Positions 32,950-45,734 of a stretch of DNA of 64,000 bases are shown here, in pieces. This stretch comes from Heptranchias perlo. Its lineage: Eukaryota. How positions within the stretch are numbered: the stretch's first letter is position 1; every line of letters starts with the position of its first letter. A program made the translations under genes and the position numbers. The notes beneath the pieces are model-generated. The model had not been told where the DNA came from. It ran no database searches and saw only the letters and a program-made list of their open reading frames with translations. The stretch is from the NCBI RefSeq assembly GCF_035084215.1, contig NC_090336.1, forward strand, positions 40,734,001 through 40,798,000. The letters run 5' to 3'.

Positions 32950-34535
32950 CGCGGGTTGTACTAGAAAGGCTGGCTGTTCTTAAAGTAGAAAGGTCACCCG
33001 GTCTGGATGAGATGCATCCTAGGTTGCTGAGGGGAATAAGGGTGGAAATTGCAGAGGTGCTGGTCGTAATCTTCCAATTTTCCTTAGATAGGCAGGTGGT
33101 GTCAGAGGACTGGAGAATTACAAATGTTACATCCTTGTTCAAAAAAAGGGTGTAAGGATAAACCCGGCAACTACAGGCCAGTCAGTTTAACCTCGATGGT
33201 GGGGAAGCTTTTAGAAACGGTAATCCAGGACAAAATTAGTAGTCACTTGGACAGGTGTGGAATAATAAAGGAAAGCCAGCATGGATTTGTTAAAGGCAAA
33301 TCATGCTTAACTAACTTGATTGAGTTTTTTGATGAGGTAACAGAAAGGTTTGATGAGGGCAATGTGGTTTATTTGTATATGGACTTTCAAAAGGCATTTG
33401 ATAAAGTGCCACTTAATAGGCTTGTCCGCAAAATTGAAGCTCATGGAATAAAAGGGGCAGTGGCAGCATGGATATGAAATTGGCTAAGTGACAGGAAACA
33501 GAGAATAGTGGTGAATGGTTGTTTTTCAGGCTGGAGGAAGGTACACAGTGGTGTTCCCCAGGGGTCAGTACTAGGACCACTGTTTTTTTAGATATATATT
33601 AATGACTTGGACTTGGACTTGGGTGTACAGGGCACAATTTCAAAATTTGCAGATGACACAAAACTTAGAAGTGTAGTAAACCATGAGGAGGAAAGTAATA
33701 GACTTCAAGAGCACATAATCAGGCTGGTGGAATGGGCGGACACATGGCAGATGAAATTTAATGCAGAGAAGAGCGAAGAATGAGGAGAGGAAATATGAAT
33801 TAAATGGTACAATTTTAAAGTGGGTGTTGGAACAGAGAGACCTGGGGGTATATGTACACAAATCTTTGAAGGTGGCAGGACAGGTTGAGAAAGCAGTTAA
33901 AAAAGCATATGGGATCCTGGGCTTTACAAAGAGGCATGAAGTAGAAAAAACAAGGAAGTTAAGTTGAACCTTTATAAAACATTAGAGTGGCCACGGCTGG
34001 AATATTGTGTCCAATTCTGGGCACCGCACTTTAGGAAAGATGTGAAGATCTTAGAGATGGTGCAGAAAAGATAAACTAGAATGGTTCCAGGGATGAGGGA
34101 CTTCAGTTACGAGGATAGACTGGAGAAGCTGGGGTTGTTCTCAGAGAAGAGAAGGTTAAGAAGAGATTTGATAGAAGTGTTCAAAGTCATGAAGGGTTTA
34201 GATAAGGTAAATAAAGAGGAACTGTTCCCAGTGGTGGAAGAGTCGAGAACCAGAGGACACGGATTTAAGGTGATTGGCAAAAGAAACAAAGGTGGCATGA
34301 GGAAAAACGTTTTTACGCAGCCAGTGGTTATGATCTGGAATGCACTGCCTGAAAGGGTGGTGGAAGCAGATTCAATTGTGGCTTTCAAAAAAGAATTGGA
34401 TAAATACTTGAAGGGAAAAAATTTGCAGGGCTACGGGGAAAGAGAGGGGGAATGGGACTAACTGGATTGCCCTTACAAAGAGCAGATGGGCTGAATGGCC
34501 TCCTTTTGTGCTGTAACCATTATATGATTCTATGA
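32950..34535 (+). mobile_element. 5'-truncated CR1 (RT to tail), frameshifted
   Basis: SPGLDEMHPRLL, NYRPVSLTS, QHGF, MDFQKAFDKVP, FADD, WNALPE; tail TATGATTCTATGA. Confidence 0.93.
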
Positions 34536-34569
34536 ACCTGCCAGTTTAAATGTGCAACCCTTGAGTCCT

Positions 34570-35205
34570 ATTTGACTCTGCGCTGAGCTTCAAACCCTAC
34601 ATCCTATCCATCATCAAGACTGTCTATTTCTATCGCCATAATATTGTCCACTTTGGTCCCCACCACTGTTGAAACTCTCAAACATGGACGTAATGAAGAC
34701 ATGATTAACATTTCAACATTCTCTTTGCTGGCCTCTCAAACTCCACCCTGCACAATTTTCAACTCAATTACTATTCCACTGTTACCATCCTATCCAATAT
34801 TAAGTCCAGCTCACCTATCATCCCTCCCCCAACGTATTGATTTTGAAATCCTTATCCTCATTTACAAATGTCCTCTTTGACCTCTCTCCACCCTACCTCT
34901 GCAACCTCCTTCATTACTGCATCCCAGCTGACTACATCCAATTTTTGTCCTCCCCATCTGCTCTACCATCAGAGTCAGACCCTTCAACCGTTATGTCCTG
35001 TTCTCTGGGATTTTCTTCCCTAACTCGTCCAACTCACTACATCTCTCCTTATCTTCAAAAGTGTCATCAAAATCTGCATACCATACACTCCTCTCCAATT
35101 CCTGTTCGGTATCCATTCCACCATCCCCCTTCCTCTCTGTCTATCCCGCCTGTGTTTTGAGATATTTCGCTATGCTAAAAGTCCTATAAATGGGCAAGTT
35201 GTTTT
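34570..35205 (+). mobile_element. Highly degenerate L2 3' region
   Basis: LPQRIDFEILILIYK and LSPPYLCNLL motifs; C/T-rich; tail CTATAAATGGGCAAGTTG. Confidence 0.55.
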
Positions 35206-35684
35206 AATTAACTTCAGATAAGCTGTAAATGGTTTTAAGAGTCGAATGAATGGCATTTGCATTTTAATTAATTAAAAGTGGAGGTATTTTTCAGATATTT
35301 GGATATCTGTGTGGCCCTTCCTTTACCATTCAACTCTTCACCAGACAACCTAAAGGAGCCAAGCAGTCTGTAGATTCCCAAAAGTAAATTCCTCCACAAA
35401 AAAAAACTGTAAAGATGCAATTATTTTTTTGGATGTAAACTTTTTAATTCTAATTTTATTGCTTTTTATCAAATAGTTTAAATTTGGCCCAATGGAAGGT
35501 ATCTGATCCAAATCTTTGCCAATAAGTTTATCCCAAAGTTACTGATATTGTCTGAAGCATCTTACTGCTGGATCTCTTCTCAATATACTTCAGCTGCTAT
35601 GAGTGTAACTGAAACAAATGTAACTCAACAAGATTGTACATTTGAAAAAGCTGTTTCCTTCTCTGTTGCTTACCACCTCAACAG

Positions 35685-36450
35685 TTTTTTTTTATTTGTT
35701 CATGGGATGTGGGTGTTGCTGGCAAGGCCAGCCTTTATTGCCCATCTCTAATTGCCCTTGAGAAGGTGGTGGTGAGCCGCCTTCTTAAACCGCTGCAGTC
35801 CGTGTGGTGAAGGTTCTCCCACAGTGCTGTTAGGAAGGGAGTTCAGGATTTTGACCCAGTGATGATGAAGGAACGGCGATATATTTCCAAGTCGGGATGG
35901 TGTGTGACTTGGAGGGGAACGTGTAGGTGGTGTTGTTCCCATGTGCCTGCTGCTCTTGTCTTAGATGGTAGAGGTCGCGGATTTGGAAGGTGCGGTCGAA
36001 GAAGTCTTGGTGAGTTGCTGCAGTGCATCCTGTGGATGGTACACACTGCAGTCACAGTGCGCCAGTGGTGGAGGGAGTGAATGTTTAAGGTGGTGGATGG
36101 GGTGCCAATCAAGCGGGTTGCTTTGTCCTGGATGATGTTGAGCTTCTTGAGTGTTGTTGGAGCTGCACTCATCCAGGCAAGTGGAGAGTATTACATCACA
36201 CTCCTGACTTGTGCCTTGTAGATGGTGGAAAAGCTTTGGGGAGTCAGGAGGTGAGTCACTCGCTGTAGAATACCCAGCCTCTGACCTGCTCTTGTAGCCA
36301 CAGTATTTATGTGGCTGGTCCTGTTAAGTTTCTGGTCAATGGTGACCCTCAGGATGTTGATGGTGGGGGATTCGGTGATGGTAATGCTGTTGAATGTCAA
36401 GGGGAGGTGGTTAGACTCTCTCTTGTTGGAGATGTTCATTGCCTGGCACT
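35685..36450 (-). mobile_element. 5'-truncated copy of a poly(A)-tailed CR1-group LINE (Zenon/amphioxus-CR1-like)
   Basis: ORF pieces match 62202-63869 and end HGLQRFKKAAHHHLLKGN; T-run at 35685. Confidence 0.9.
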
Positions 36451-36513
36451 TAAGTTTCCATCATTATAACCTGGGTGCCACAGATGTTGTAACCCATTAC
36501 CCCCAAACATCCA

Positions 36514-37069
36514 GGGGTCGACTTTAACCTTTGGGTGGCCGACTGACAGCCCGCTTGTTCTGGCAGCGAAGAGGCTGGAGATAATTTGAAGCCTGGACCT
36601 CATTTAAGTGGAACCAGTGACCTGCCCACCCCAAATTGGCATTCCAAAGCAGTTTGCTGGATTCAGGCTAGCCCAATATCGCATGGCCCAGAGACCTCCA
36701 GGCCAGCAACAAGGTACGAATGGGAGGAAGGTGGGAAGGGGAGCTGGTGGGGGGTGTCGCGATCATGGAGGCAGCAGCCCAGATTATTGTTGTTGGGACA
36801 GGAGGAGCACTCCTGCACGGTGCAAGCTCTGTCCAGTTCTATCCTAAAATGGCAATCGGGGTCCTATGTACATTATAGGATCCTTATTTGCACATTAAAA
36901 GGGGCTTACTGCCTATAAGATGCAGGTACTTTGGCTGCCCAGTGAAAGGCCCCTGTAAAAGTGGCAGTTGGCAGAGCATCAGTATTAACGGGGCATTAAG
37001 TCTACCGACCCTATTTTGAGGGCATTACCACCCCATTATTGCCGATTCCAGCAATTTAAAATCAACCCC
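36514..37069. mobile_element. Harbinger-type MITE
   Basis: TIRs GGGGTCGACTTTAA and TTAAAATCAACCCC. Confidence 0.72.
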
Positions 37070-37924
37070 ACACACTATCAGTAAAGTTAGATCACTATTG
37101 TGTTATCCAATAGGATAAATATAGCTCAGTTTTTTAATACAATTTTAATACAGTCTAGAATTTCTTTTGCTGTCAATTTTAATGATGAAGTAAAAGTATT
37201 CGGTTTAGACTAAAAAAGCTAGTACAAATAAAGGCAGAGAGAAGCTAATTTTGCAAACGAGCCTATTAATATAATACTTGTAGTTTTACATCGGTGGTAT
37301 GTTTTGGATGAAAATGATTAATACAAATGAAATGGCAGTTGCATCAATAATGTGGAGGAGGTAATTGGAATATTAATCCTTGTGACCTTTCTTCCACATG
37401 TAGATCTGGTGCCACTCTTTTAATAAACAGGACATTAGAATTTATCACTCAGCAGTCCTTGGAGTTGAAGGATAAATTACTATGGATCATTACCACTGAA
37501 TGTATTCTGTTAGGGGGGGTGAACGCACACCTTTCAGCATTTAAAAGTATATTTTCCAGTCAGTGAGGTTCAAATATGAAGGCTTAATGCACTCAAATTA
37601 GATTTCTCAATGTGGTATTTTTAAGCAGTTAGTAAACTGTTTATTTTAAATGGGCTAATGCCTGCCTAAAAATAGTGTACAGAGGAATGCAGTACTAGGG
37701 TGGTAAGCATTATTACTTAAATTTCATCACAGAAGATATGCCCTTTTATTTTTTGGTTGCTGAGTGGCTACAAGCTGGGAACAACTTTGAGATGATATCA
37801 CAGACAATTAAACTCCCAAAGACTGGATGTACAGGAAGTTGATTATAATATGCACTGATGGAAATGGTACAAATGGTAAATTCTGATATTTTGGACAATG
37901 AAGCGAATATACATAGTTTTGTGC

Positions 37925-38795
37925 CTGTAATCACTGCCCCATTCCATATTACCCTACGGAATGTTTGCTCCCTCACAAATATGGTTCATGCTATCCATGG
38001 TCACATCATAACTGAATCTATTGATATCATGGTACCTGACATGAATTATGATCTCATCCCCCCCCCTCACTGAAGCGTCCCTGCCTTGCTACACTTGCTC
38101 CACCCAAACTACCATTCAGTGACAGAGCACTTATTGCAAAAATCCCACCTAAGCCTCTTTCCTGGTCTTCCGGCACCTTCTCTTTCTTTGAGCACCTCAG
38201 TCTCTTGCATCCCTCCTGCCTCTCATTTAAAATCCATGCTGTATGCTGTCTTCTCAAACCTCAAACTGACTTTCTCACTGAGATCTGCTCCATCTTCTCC
38301 TCCCTTAGCCTCTGTACTGAATGATTCTTTGTCTCCAGTGACTTCGACTTGCCCCTAGCTCTCGTGTCTCCCTCCATCCACGGCTATCTTATTGACCTCA
38401 TCATTACTTGTGACCACTCCATCCCTGATGTCTCGATCACTGAGAGGGCTATCACAGACCATTTCCTTGTATCCCCCTTGCAGTCTTATGCCCCTTCCTG
38501 TACCCGTGAAACCTCTGCGTCTGACCTTTCAGGTACTCCTCAGTTCCCTTCACCCCACTGGCCTTCAGCCACTTTGGTCCTATTCTTTAGAGAACTCCTT
38601 CGCTTATTCCCTCCCACCTTTCCTTTATCCACTTTTTGAAAACCAACCCATCTTCTCAACCAAGCTTTCAGCCTCCTTACCTAATTTCTTCATCCATGGA
38701 TCACCATCTATCTCTGCCCTATCTATCTCCATTGTGAAACACCCGGGGGATTTTGTTTTACATTAAAAGTGCTAGATAAATGCTAGTTGTTGTTG
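37925..38795 (+). mobile_element. Degenerate, internally deleted L2
   Basis: LRNVCSLTN..AIH.HII..SIDIM endonuclease start, SFEHL, DLII, TDHFLVS; tail AAAAGTGCTAGATAAATGCTAGTTGTTGTTG. Confidence 0.65.
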
Positions 38796-40569
38796 CGATT
38801 CTCACACATTGATTGAGTTCTCAGCTGCATTGCTGTGGGATCTGCCAAGCAGAGGCCATGCAGTTCCCCAGAGGGAAGGAATGAAAATTGAACGTTCAAT
38901 CAACCGCAACCCATTGTTACATAACATCTGGTGAGTATTTTCAGAGCAGTATTGGTGGAAATCTGGGAGCAATTTGCCTCCCTCATTGTTGGATAGTGCA
39001 CAGAACTGGGAAATCTGATCAGGGAAATAAGTGTTACCCTTACAAAAAATGCTTTGAATATAGCTGAATGATGTTGCTCATAATCATAGAGAATCAAATC
39101 ATTGACCAATGTTATTCGCATTAAATAGAAAAGTTGCTCGATAAAAACTGTAGAGCTGCTGAAACATTCGTCTCCTTCCAGTTTCTGAACATTATCTAAC
39201 ATAGGACATTACACTTCAATAGAAAACCACATTTGTTTCAAGCTATGCTACTCATAAACATCACTCCTGTAATGAGTTGTAAATTGCTCTCTTTTCCAAG
39301 TTTAACAATTATATGGGCATGTTACTGTGTGAAAGAATATTGTAGAAGCAAAATTGTACAGATCTCTGAGGTAATAGCTGTTGTAGAATTTTTTGGAGAA
39401 CAAATGCGTTCTATGTATTGTTACACATGACCTTAAATTTAAGGCATCAGTTCTGCATAAAGCTCCGAAAGACTTAAAGGTGTCGTAGGGAAGTCCAGAT
39501 TTCCTGCCATGGCATGTTTGTATTAGCATCTGCTGAGTAAATTCTGGTTTCATCCAGGTTACTTCAGTCCTCTAATGGTCATAAGCCTGGCCATTATATG
39601 TATCTACCGTAAGTTTTAATTTGCGGCATGGGAAATTTGGAGCACTGCAGTTTATAAATTATAGCATAAGCATGAAATTAGATATGACATCTGAAAAGTG
39701 GCAAAATTAGCCATGGTTTTGCCTTTGGTCCATGAAACATCTAACTGTAGTCATATCTGATATCAACTGCAGCAAAAGATTAGAGCCATATATTAGCTTC
39801 AACTGACAATGTAATTAGTCCATGGCTACTCAAACAAAGTTGGAATCCAGGTTTAACTCATGGGCATCATTTTAAAATGTTAGATCTGTCTCCTGCTTCG
39901 AGCTGGTGGGAATGATGTTAAGGCCAATGGGTGGGAGTGGAAATTGGGGCAGGATATAGATGCCTCTAGGGACACAAGGGAATGCTCATGGCAGGGGAGG
40001 CTCAATGACGGGGCCAGAATTAATCATTTAGGCTGTTTTATTTCTCAACTGGCAAGTGAACATAAGGAGCAACAATTATGATCAGACTTACTTAACTCAA
40101 TCAGTACAACTTGTCTTCATGTAATAAAACAAAATAATGAACATACTATGCTTCCCCACTTCAGTGGATCATTTTGCTTGACTTAAACAAAATAGCTTCT
40201 AACTAACCTCTTGCATTCTAACCTGAATCAGGGCCTAAGCCTGCCCTAGTAACATTCTGTTTGAAAACCTGTCAGTGTGTGTCTCCGTCCTTTTATCTCC
40301 TTGTGTTCATAACGAGAGGAGAGGAACTATGCCAGACAACCTCTGCTGAGCACTTGGGACCAGGGACTGCCCAACACAATGGGCATGAATCATTTATCAA
40401 TTACTGAAAAGAGCTATTGAATTGCTTATTGTTTTTGATATTTAATATCTAATGCCTAGCTCATTAGCATTTTAACAACCTTTCATCTCAAAGTTGTGTG
40501 AATACACTTTGGTTTAAAAACCCAAAAGTAGCTCTTTTCCAAATTTTTTCTTGGTCAAGATGGTCAAAA

Positions 40570-41910
40570 AAATCCTGAAATGTGGTAGTTACATTGCTGG
40601 GAATATAATATAGACCACTGTAAAAATGGAAAGGAAAATGATGAGATTTGTAGACACACTAGAGAGGCATTTATTAGTAATAGGCATCATTGTAGAAGAT
40701 TTTAATTATTGAAAAATAGATTGCTTAGTAAAATGGCAGTGAATGTGGCCAGGACAGTTTTCTTAGCTAATACGACACTGCTCCAACAAGGAAGGAAGCA
40801 CTAATTACTTGGTTGTGGGTTATGAAGTGGAGAAAATAGGAGAATTAAAATAAGGGAACATTTAGGAAAAAGTGACCTCAATATATTTAGGTTCAGTGTA
40901 AGAATAGAAAATGATAAGAAATTTGAGGACAACTGTACTTGATGGCAAAAAAGCAAATTATAGTAAGCTAAAAAGAGACCTTGCCCAGATTAAATGGAAT
41001 AAAGGAGTGTCAGAGCCATAGATCACTAGGAGGTGGAAATGATACAAATTAATAATATTTTAGTAAGGAGAAAAGTGAGTGCATTAAAGGTTGGACCTTA
41101 GATTAATAAGGAGATTAGATAAAATGTAAAAGTTAAAAAGGAAACATTTAGCACTTACAGGACAGATTATAAAAAATGCAAGATTATATAAACGAAGCAA
41201 GGCAACAAAAAGAGAAAAACTAAGAGGGGGTTTGTGAGAAAATTAGCAAAAACGTAAAGGGAAACAAAAATACTTCTTATGGGCGCATTAATAATAAAGG
41301 TATAAGTCAGGGTAGGGGTAGGGAAGAGATGAAGGAGGTAAGCTTACAGTCCTCCAGCACAATTTTCAGAGCCTCCATTATCTCTTCCCCGTTTTCCCCC
41401 AGGAAAGTAAAGGGGTGTTGTAAATATTAAATAAGGGCTTCCTAAAGGTTTGTGTAGAACAGTTAGGGGCAGTAATCCTTCAAAGAGAAATGGCACTAAA
41501 GAAGTTACTCACACTTAAGGTAGACAAATCACAGCAACCTGATGGCTTACACCTGAGGATCCTGGGGGAAAATGGGGAAGAGATAATGGAGGCTCTAAAA
41601 ATTGTGCTAGAAGACTGAAAGGTGACAATTGTGACAACCTTCTTCAAAAAGGACACATAAAGAAAGAAAGACTTGCATTTATATAGTGCCTTTCACGACT
41701 TGAGGATGTCCCAAAGCACTTTACAGCCCATTATGTACTTATTTTTGTGATGTGTAGTCATTGTTGTAATGGATAAGGCAAGACATTTTAGGCCAGTTAT
41801 TCTTACTTCGGTCGTTGGTAAACTACTAAAGGATGGCATTATAATGCAGCTGGAAAAACGTGAGTTGATGAGGACCAGTCAGCATGGATTTCTAAAAAGC
41901 AAGGCATCTG
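40570..41910 (+). mobile_element. Old, highly degenerate CR1 ORF2 fragment
   Basis: Remnants YRP, EDFNY, KANY, VDKSQQPDGLHLRIL, FRPVILTSVVGKLL and SQHGFLKSK. Confidence 0.7.
41661..41770 (-). mobile_element. DeuSINE 3' tail inserted in the old CR1
   Basis: Reverse complement: ATTACAACAATGACTACAC...AAAGTGCTTTGGGACATCCTCAAGTCGTGAAAGGCACTATATAAATGCAAGTCTTTCTTTCT. Confidence 0.8.
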
Positions 41911-44713
41911 TCATTTTCATAACATTTTATTGAGAAAAGAGGCACTACAGTATACCTCTTTACCACTTATTTCACTCTATTTAATAGAGCTGGTATAGAC
42001 TGTTCATTTAACCAAAAATAGTTTTAATTAAAATACTGTATATGGTTTTAAAATAGTATCTTCCTTAATACCCACTTAAATCACACTACACCACATTAAA
42101 ATTATAATAGGATGTATTAATACATATCTAATAAACCTATTAAATGACCAATTAATAGCACAGTTAGATAGTAAATTAATTAAAACATTCACTACTAAAT
42201 GCACAATTTGTCTTATCTCCACTATAGTTCTTAGCCCCAGGAAGATGCCAGATGGTATTTTATTGTAACTTTACAGTGGATTCAGGCTATAACACGTAAC
42301 CATCCAATAGCAGTATGAGTGAACATATCATAATTCATTGATGTTCAGGTGTTGGAAAACCCATCAGTAATGCTTCTGGAAGAAAGAAATTATTCAAATT
42401 TTTAACATCATGGAGTGTTTGGAGAAAGTGGCGATGAGTAGATTCTTTGAACTGAACATCAAGGATAGTGAGATTGGGTAGCCCAGTCAAGTTCTATTGC
42501 CAGATTTTGGTCCAGAAGGTCTTGGGTTTAAATCCTGGCAGGGTTCATTTAACCTTTCACCCTTTTAGGCAGATAAAGTCTAAATTTGATAGAGGGCATA
42601 ATGGTTATTGTGGAATTTGATATTTCCTACACATTGGAACTGGCCAGGTGGACTACATTGGTGTTTTTTTTGCTTGTACATTGCTATGTTCCAATGTGAG
42701 CATTGAATATTGATTCAAGGCTAAGAAACCACAAACAAAAGTGAGAATTAAGAAGAACGTATTGCTTGGAACTTGTGAACTAAATTGCTATGTTTTTCTG
42801 ATTAGTCTGCAGCTACTCTATTATTTTCTAATTTTTCTTCAGTCATAAATCTTAGACTGCTCGCAAGTTCAGGGAGGTTCCAGGTTCCTTGGGCCAACCA
42901 TTTTGAATACTAGTGTTACATTAATAAAACTATTCAAATGTCAGGAATATTTTTATTACTGCAATATTAATTGTTATGTTTTAGGTTCCACTCAGATAGT
43001 TCTCCTGTGCGCAGTGCCAAAGACTATTTCCACAAGTGAGCTATTTCTCTCAAAGAACAGGAGTGTACCTATATTTACCCAATATTTGGTAATGTTGCCA
43101 GCCCAAGGATTGAACAAGAACTCTTGTCACTGTATGAACTATCTTATGATCTCCTAGATTTCAGAAAGCAGTAGCATATACACACTCTCATACCATAGCT
43201 TAGTCTAAGGACTACAGAACAAGTTTATTAATAATAACAGATAAACAGTAGCAAAGACAATACAGCAGATTACAAAAGTTTATAGAACCTATCTAGTCCT
43301 GCTGCAATACAGAAGAAAACAGATGTGACCATTTGCTAATACCCTCATTAATACTGTACCTGAGATAGCATCTCTTAACAATAACTTTATGTGGACTTCT
43401 TTACTTATTTCCCAATTGAGTCTTCTACCTTTCTCTTGCTGACCTCCCCAAACTGGGAGCAGGCTCTCTGAGATATATTCCTGGTATCTTTTGAAGTTTG
43501 GCCAGGAATAAAATAAATCAAAGATGTCTCTTTCAAAATCAAAATCATTAGTTATATGAAAGCTGCCCATCATTCATATAACTAATGAAACAGAGAGTGT
43601 CAGCAGTTTCAGAGACTACTCCCTGTAGCGTCCACCAAATCTTAGTGTTAGCACCAAATCCATTAGTCATCTAACTGCAAGTTATTTTTGTCTTCATGGA
43701 CATTGTAAACTGTTGTGGCAAATGGTTTTCAAATGAAGTACATTTACTCTTCACAAGTGTGGCAAACAAAATGGATGTAAAGAATTTCTGTCTCTTCAAT
43801 TAAGTATAAAAGCCATGGATCTCATCTGCAATGACGTGTATTTAAAACTGAAACTTAAAACATAGACATTAAAATATATAAAATTATGATTAGAACGGTG
43901 ATTGAAACTCGATATTAGTCACATATCAACTCTAAACTACAAAAATAAAACATAAAACATAAAAAAACTTGACTCCTGCTTGCCTTCACCTCTTTTTCCC
44001 TTTATTCTTCCCATTCCTTCCTGCTGCCAATTTTATTAACTTATCTTTACTTTTTAAAACCTTTTTGTATACAATATAAGTGAGAGAAACAAACCTCTGC
44101 CATACTTTGATCATTAAAATTCTGTATATATTTCTTTCTTGGGTAGACAATATATTAAATTGTTTGGAGATGTCCATATCTCCATTGGGAGTGGCCTAGC
44201 CTACCTGATTAACTTTCATATCATTGAAATGGTAATCAATGCAAAACTATCAGTTAGGAGAGAAGATGAAGCTCATTACTTTGATTGCTGAATCATCAAA
44301 GGAGTTTTACACCAGTCAAAATTCAATATGGATTATTTTAAGCCCTGGTCACATATGAACAAACATCTCAAAAGACGACCAAAAGATTGTTCTATCTATT
44401 TAAATGGAGAAATGGATTAACAGCATGATTGTCTGTCTAGTGGGAAATAACTTCTTTGATTTAGTGCATGAAAGTCTACCTTTGCAATTGTATATGTGTT
44501 ATTGGTTTTCCTATCTGTTTCCACATCACAAAGGTAGTGGGTTGGTGTCCTCTATGGAGTTGAGTGTCCACATTGCATTCGTTAGTGACTCAGTTGAAAA
44601 ATTCTAGATGGAACTGCTAAGATTTTAAACTCTTAATATTTTGATTTTGAGTAGTTTAGGTATTGTATAAATCATGTATTATACTGATGACTATTTGTAT
44701 TCTCCTTCTGTGT

Positions 44714-45636
44714 AATCACAGAATCATTAGAATCTTACAGCACAGAAGGAGGCTATTTAGCCCGTCGTGCCTGTGCTGGCTCTTTGAAATTTCTCTTGTT
44801 CAATTTAGTCCCACACCCCAGCTTTTTCCCATAACCCTGCAAATTAGTCCTCTTCAAGTACATGTCCAATTGCCTTTTGAAAATTTCTATGGAATCTGCA
44901 TCCACCACCCTTTCAGGTAGTGTGACCAGTTCGTAATACTCCTCATTTCCTCTCTAATTCTTTTGCAAATTATTTTAAATCTAAGACCTTTGGTTACTGA
45001 CCCACTTGCCAGAGGAAACAGTTTCTCCTTATTTGCTCTATCAAAACCCCTCATTATTTTGAATACCTTTATTATGTCTCCCCTTAACTTTCTCGGCTGT
45101 CAGAAGAAAAATCCCAACTTCTTCAGTCTCTCCACATAACTGAAATCGCTCATCCCCGTTATCATCCTGGTAAACCTCCTCTGTAGTCTCTCCAAGGTGT
45201 TGACATCCTTCCTAATGTGTGGTGCCCAGAATTGTACACAATTCTCCAGTTCAGGCCAGTGATTTGTAAAGGTTTAGCATGACTTCCTTGTTTTTGTATT
45301 CAGTGCCCCTATTTACAGAGTCAAGTATCCCATATGCTTTCTTAACTGCCTTATCAACTTGCCCTGCCACCTTTAAGGTTTGTGAATATGCACAGCTAGG
45401 TCCTCTTGCTCTTGCACCCCCTCAAAATAGTACAGTATAGATTATACTGCCTCTCCATGTTGTTCCCCTCAAAGTGCATCACTTCACACTTATCCGCATT
45501 AAATTGCATGTGCCATGTGTCTGCCCATTTCATCAGTCTGTCCATGTCCTCCTGAAGTTTGTTACAATCCTCGTCACTATTTACTACGTTGCCAAGTTTT
45601 GTATTATTCGCAAACTTCGAAATTGTACTCCCTATA
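44714..45636 (-). mobile_element. 5'-truncated CR1
   Basis: SKFANNTKLG...WHMQFNADKCEVMHF; tail complement ATCACAGAATCATTAGAATC. Confidence 0.88.
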
Positions 45637-45734
45637 GTCAAGTTAGTTAGTTTTACCTTGAATGCTACAATTTGGGAATATGCCATTTTTTTACCTTTTG
45701 GAGTTGACAGGTGTGCATGTTGTACAATGGGAAA

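Noticed and set aside
43120-43800. Possible solo LTRs (also ~12650-13400 and ~50195-50420)
   Set aside because: Only poly(A)-signal-like motifs were seen; I could not define TG...CA ends, TSDs or internal retroviral sequence.
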